64,000 nucleotides of DNA from Yuukianura sp. NJ FZ-2021. Taxonomy: Eukaryota. The position numbers were made by a program, and so were the translations under genes. This document shows positions 63,816 through 64,000 of this stretch, in pieces. The notes under the pieces were generated by a model. The model saw only the letters and a program-made list of their open reading frames with translations, did no database searches and was not told where the DNA came from. Positions within the stretch are counted from its first letter, which is position 1. Every line of letters begins with the position of its first letter. Location: NCBI GenBank assembly GCA_046563655.1, contig JAJCTO010000014.1, forward strand, positions 62,001 to 126,000. The letters run 5' to 3'.

Positions 63816-64000
63816 CGAGGAAAGTTCACAGACTTTCACTTTCTCTTTTTCATTCTCTCTCTATTGTAACACATTCTTTCTACTGTTGAGAGAGGGCGTC
63901 AATGGCATGCATAAAATACTTGGTTATGTGATAGTTTATTTACAAATGTTGAATGGCTTATATATATGTGCATGTAATATATAATATGAAAGTATTTACA

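Noticed and set aside
1..64000. tRNA, rRNA or snRNA genes
   Set aside because: No cloverleaf with A/B boxes or rRNA-like segment recognised by eye; an Infernal or tRNAscan run would be needed to exclude them.

Overview
AT-rich, intron-dense animal genomic DNA, probably arthropod/pancrustacean judging by gene content and ~60-nt introns; no prokaryotic features. Genes in order: the 5' part of a perlecan/trol-like proteoglycan (- strand; signal peptide, Ser-Gly GAG sites, SEA domain, 12 LDLa modules, running off the left edge); an intronless orphan gene with signal peptide and likely GPI tail nested antisense in its first intron; a 5'-truncated CRE-type non-LTR retrotransposon with an intact ORF; NUDT18 (-); cystathionine gamma-lyase (+); an M13 neprilysin (+); VPS50/syndetin (-); SLC38A11 (+); and the 5' exons of a CNRIP1 homolog absent from the ORF track (+). 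There is also a hAT MITE, a PIF/Harbinger MITE, a Helentron/HINE-like end and a minisatellite. Most notable: a CNRIP1 intron that appears to need a GG donor, at least 14 perfect copies of the DR1 13-mer AGGTCAAAGGTCA, a hidden internal signal-peptide first exon of perlecan, three phase-matched alternative first exons of the neprilysin, and the nested orphan gene. All exon models were built by eye; no database search was run.
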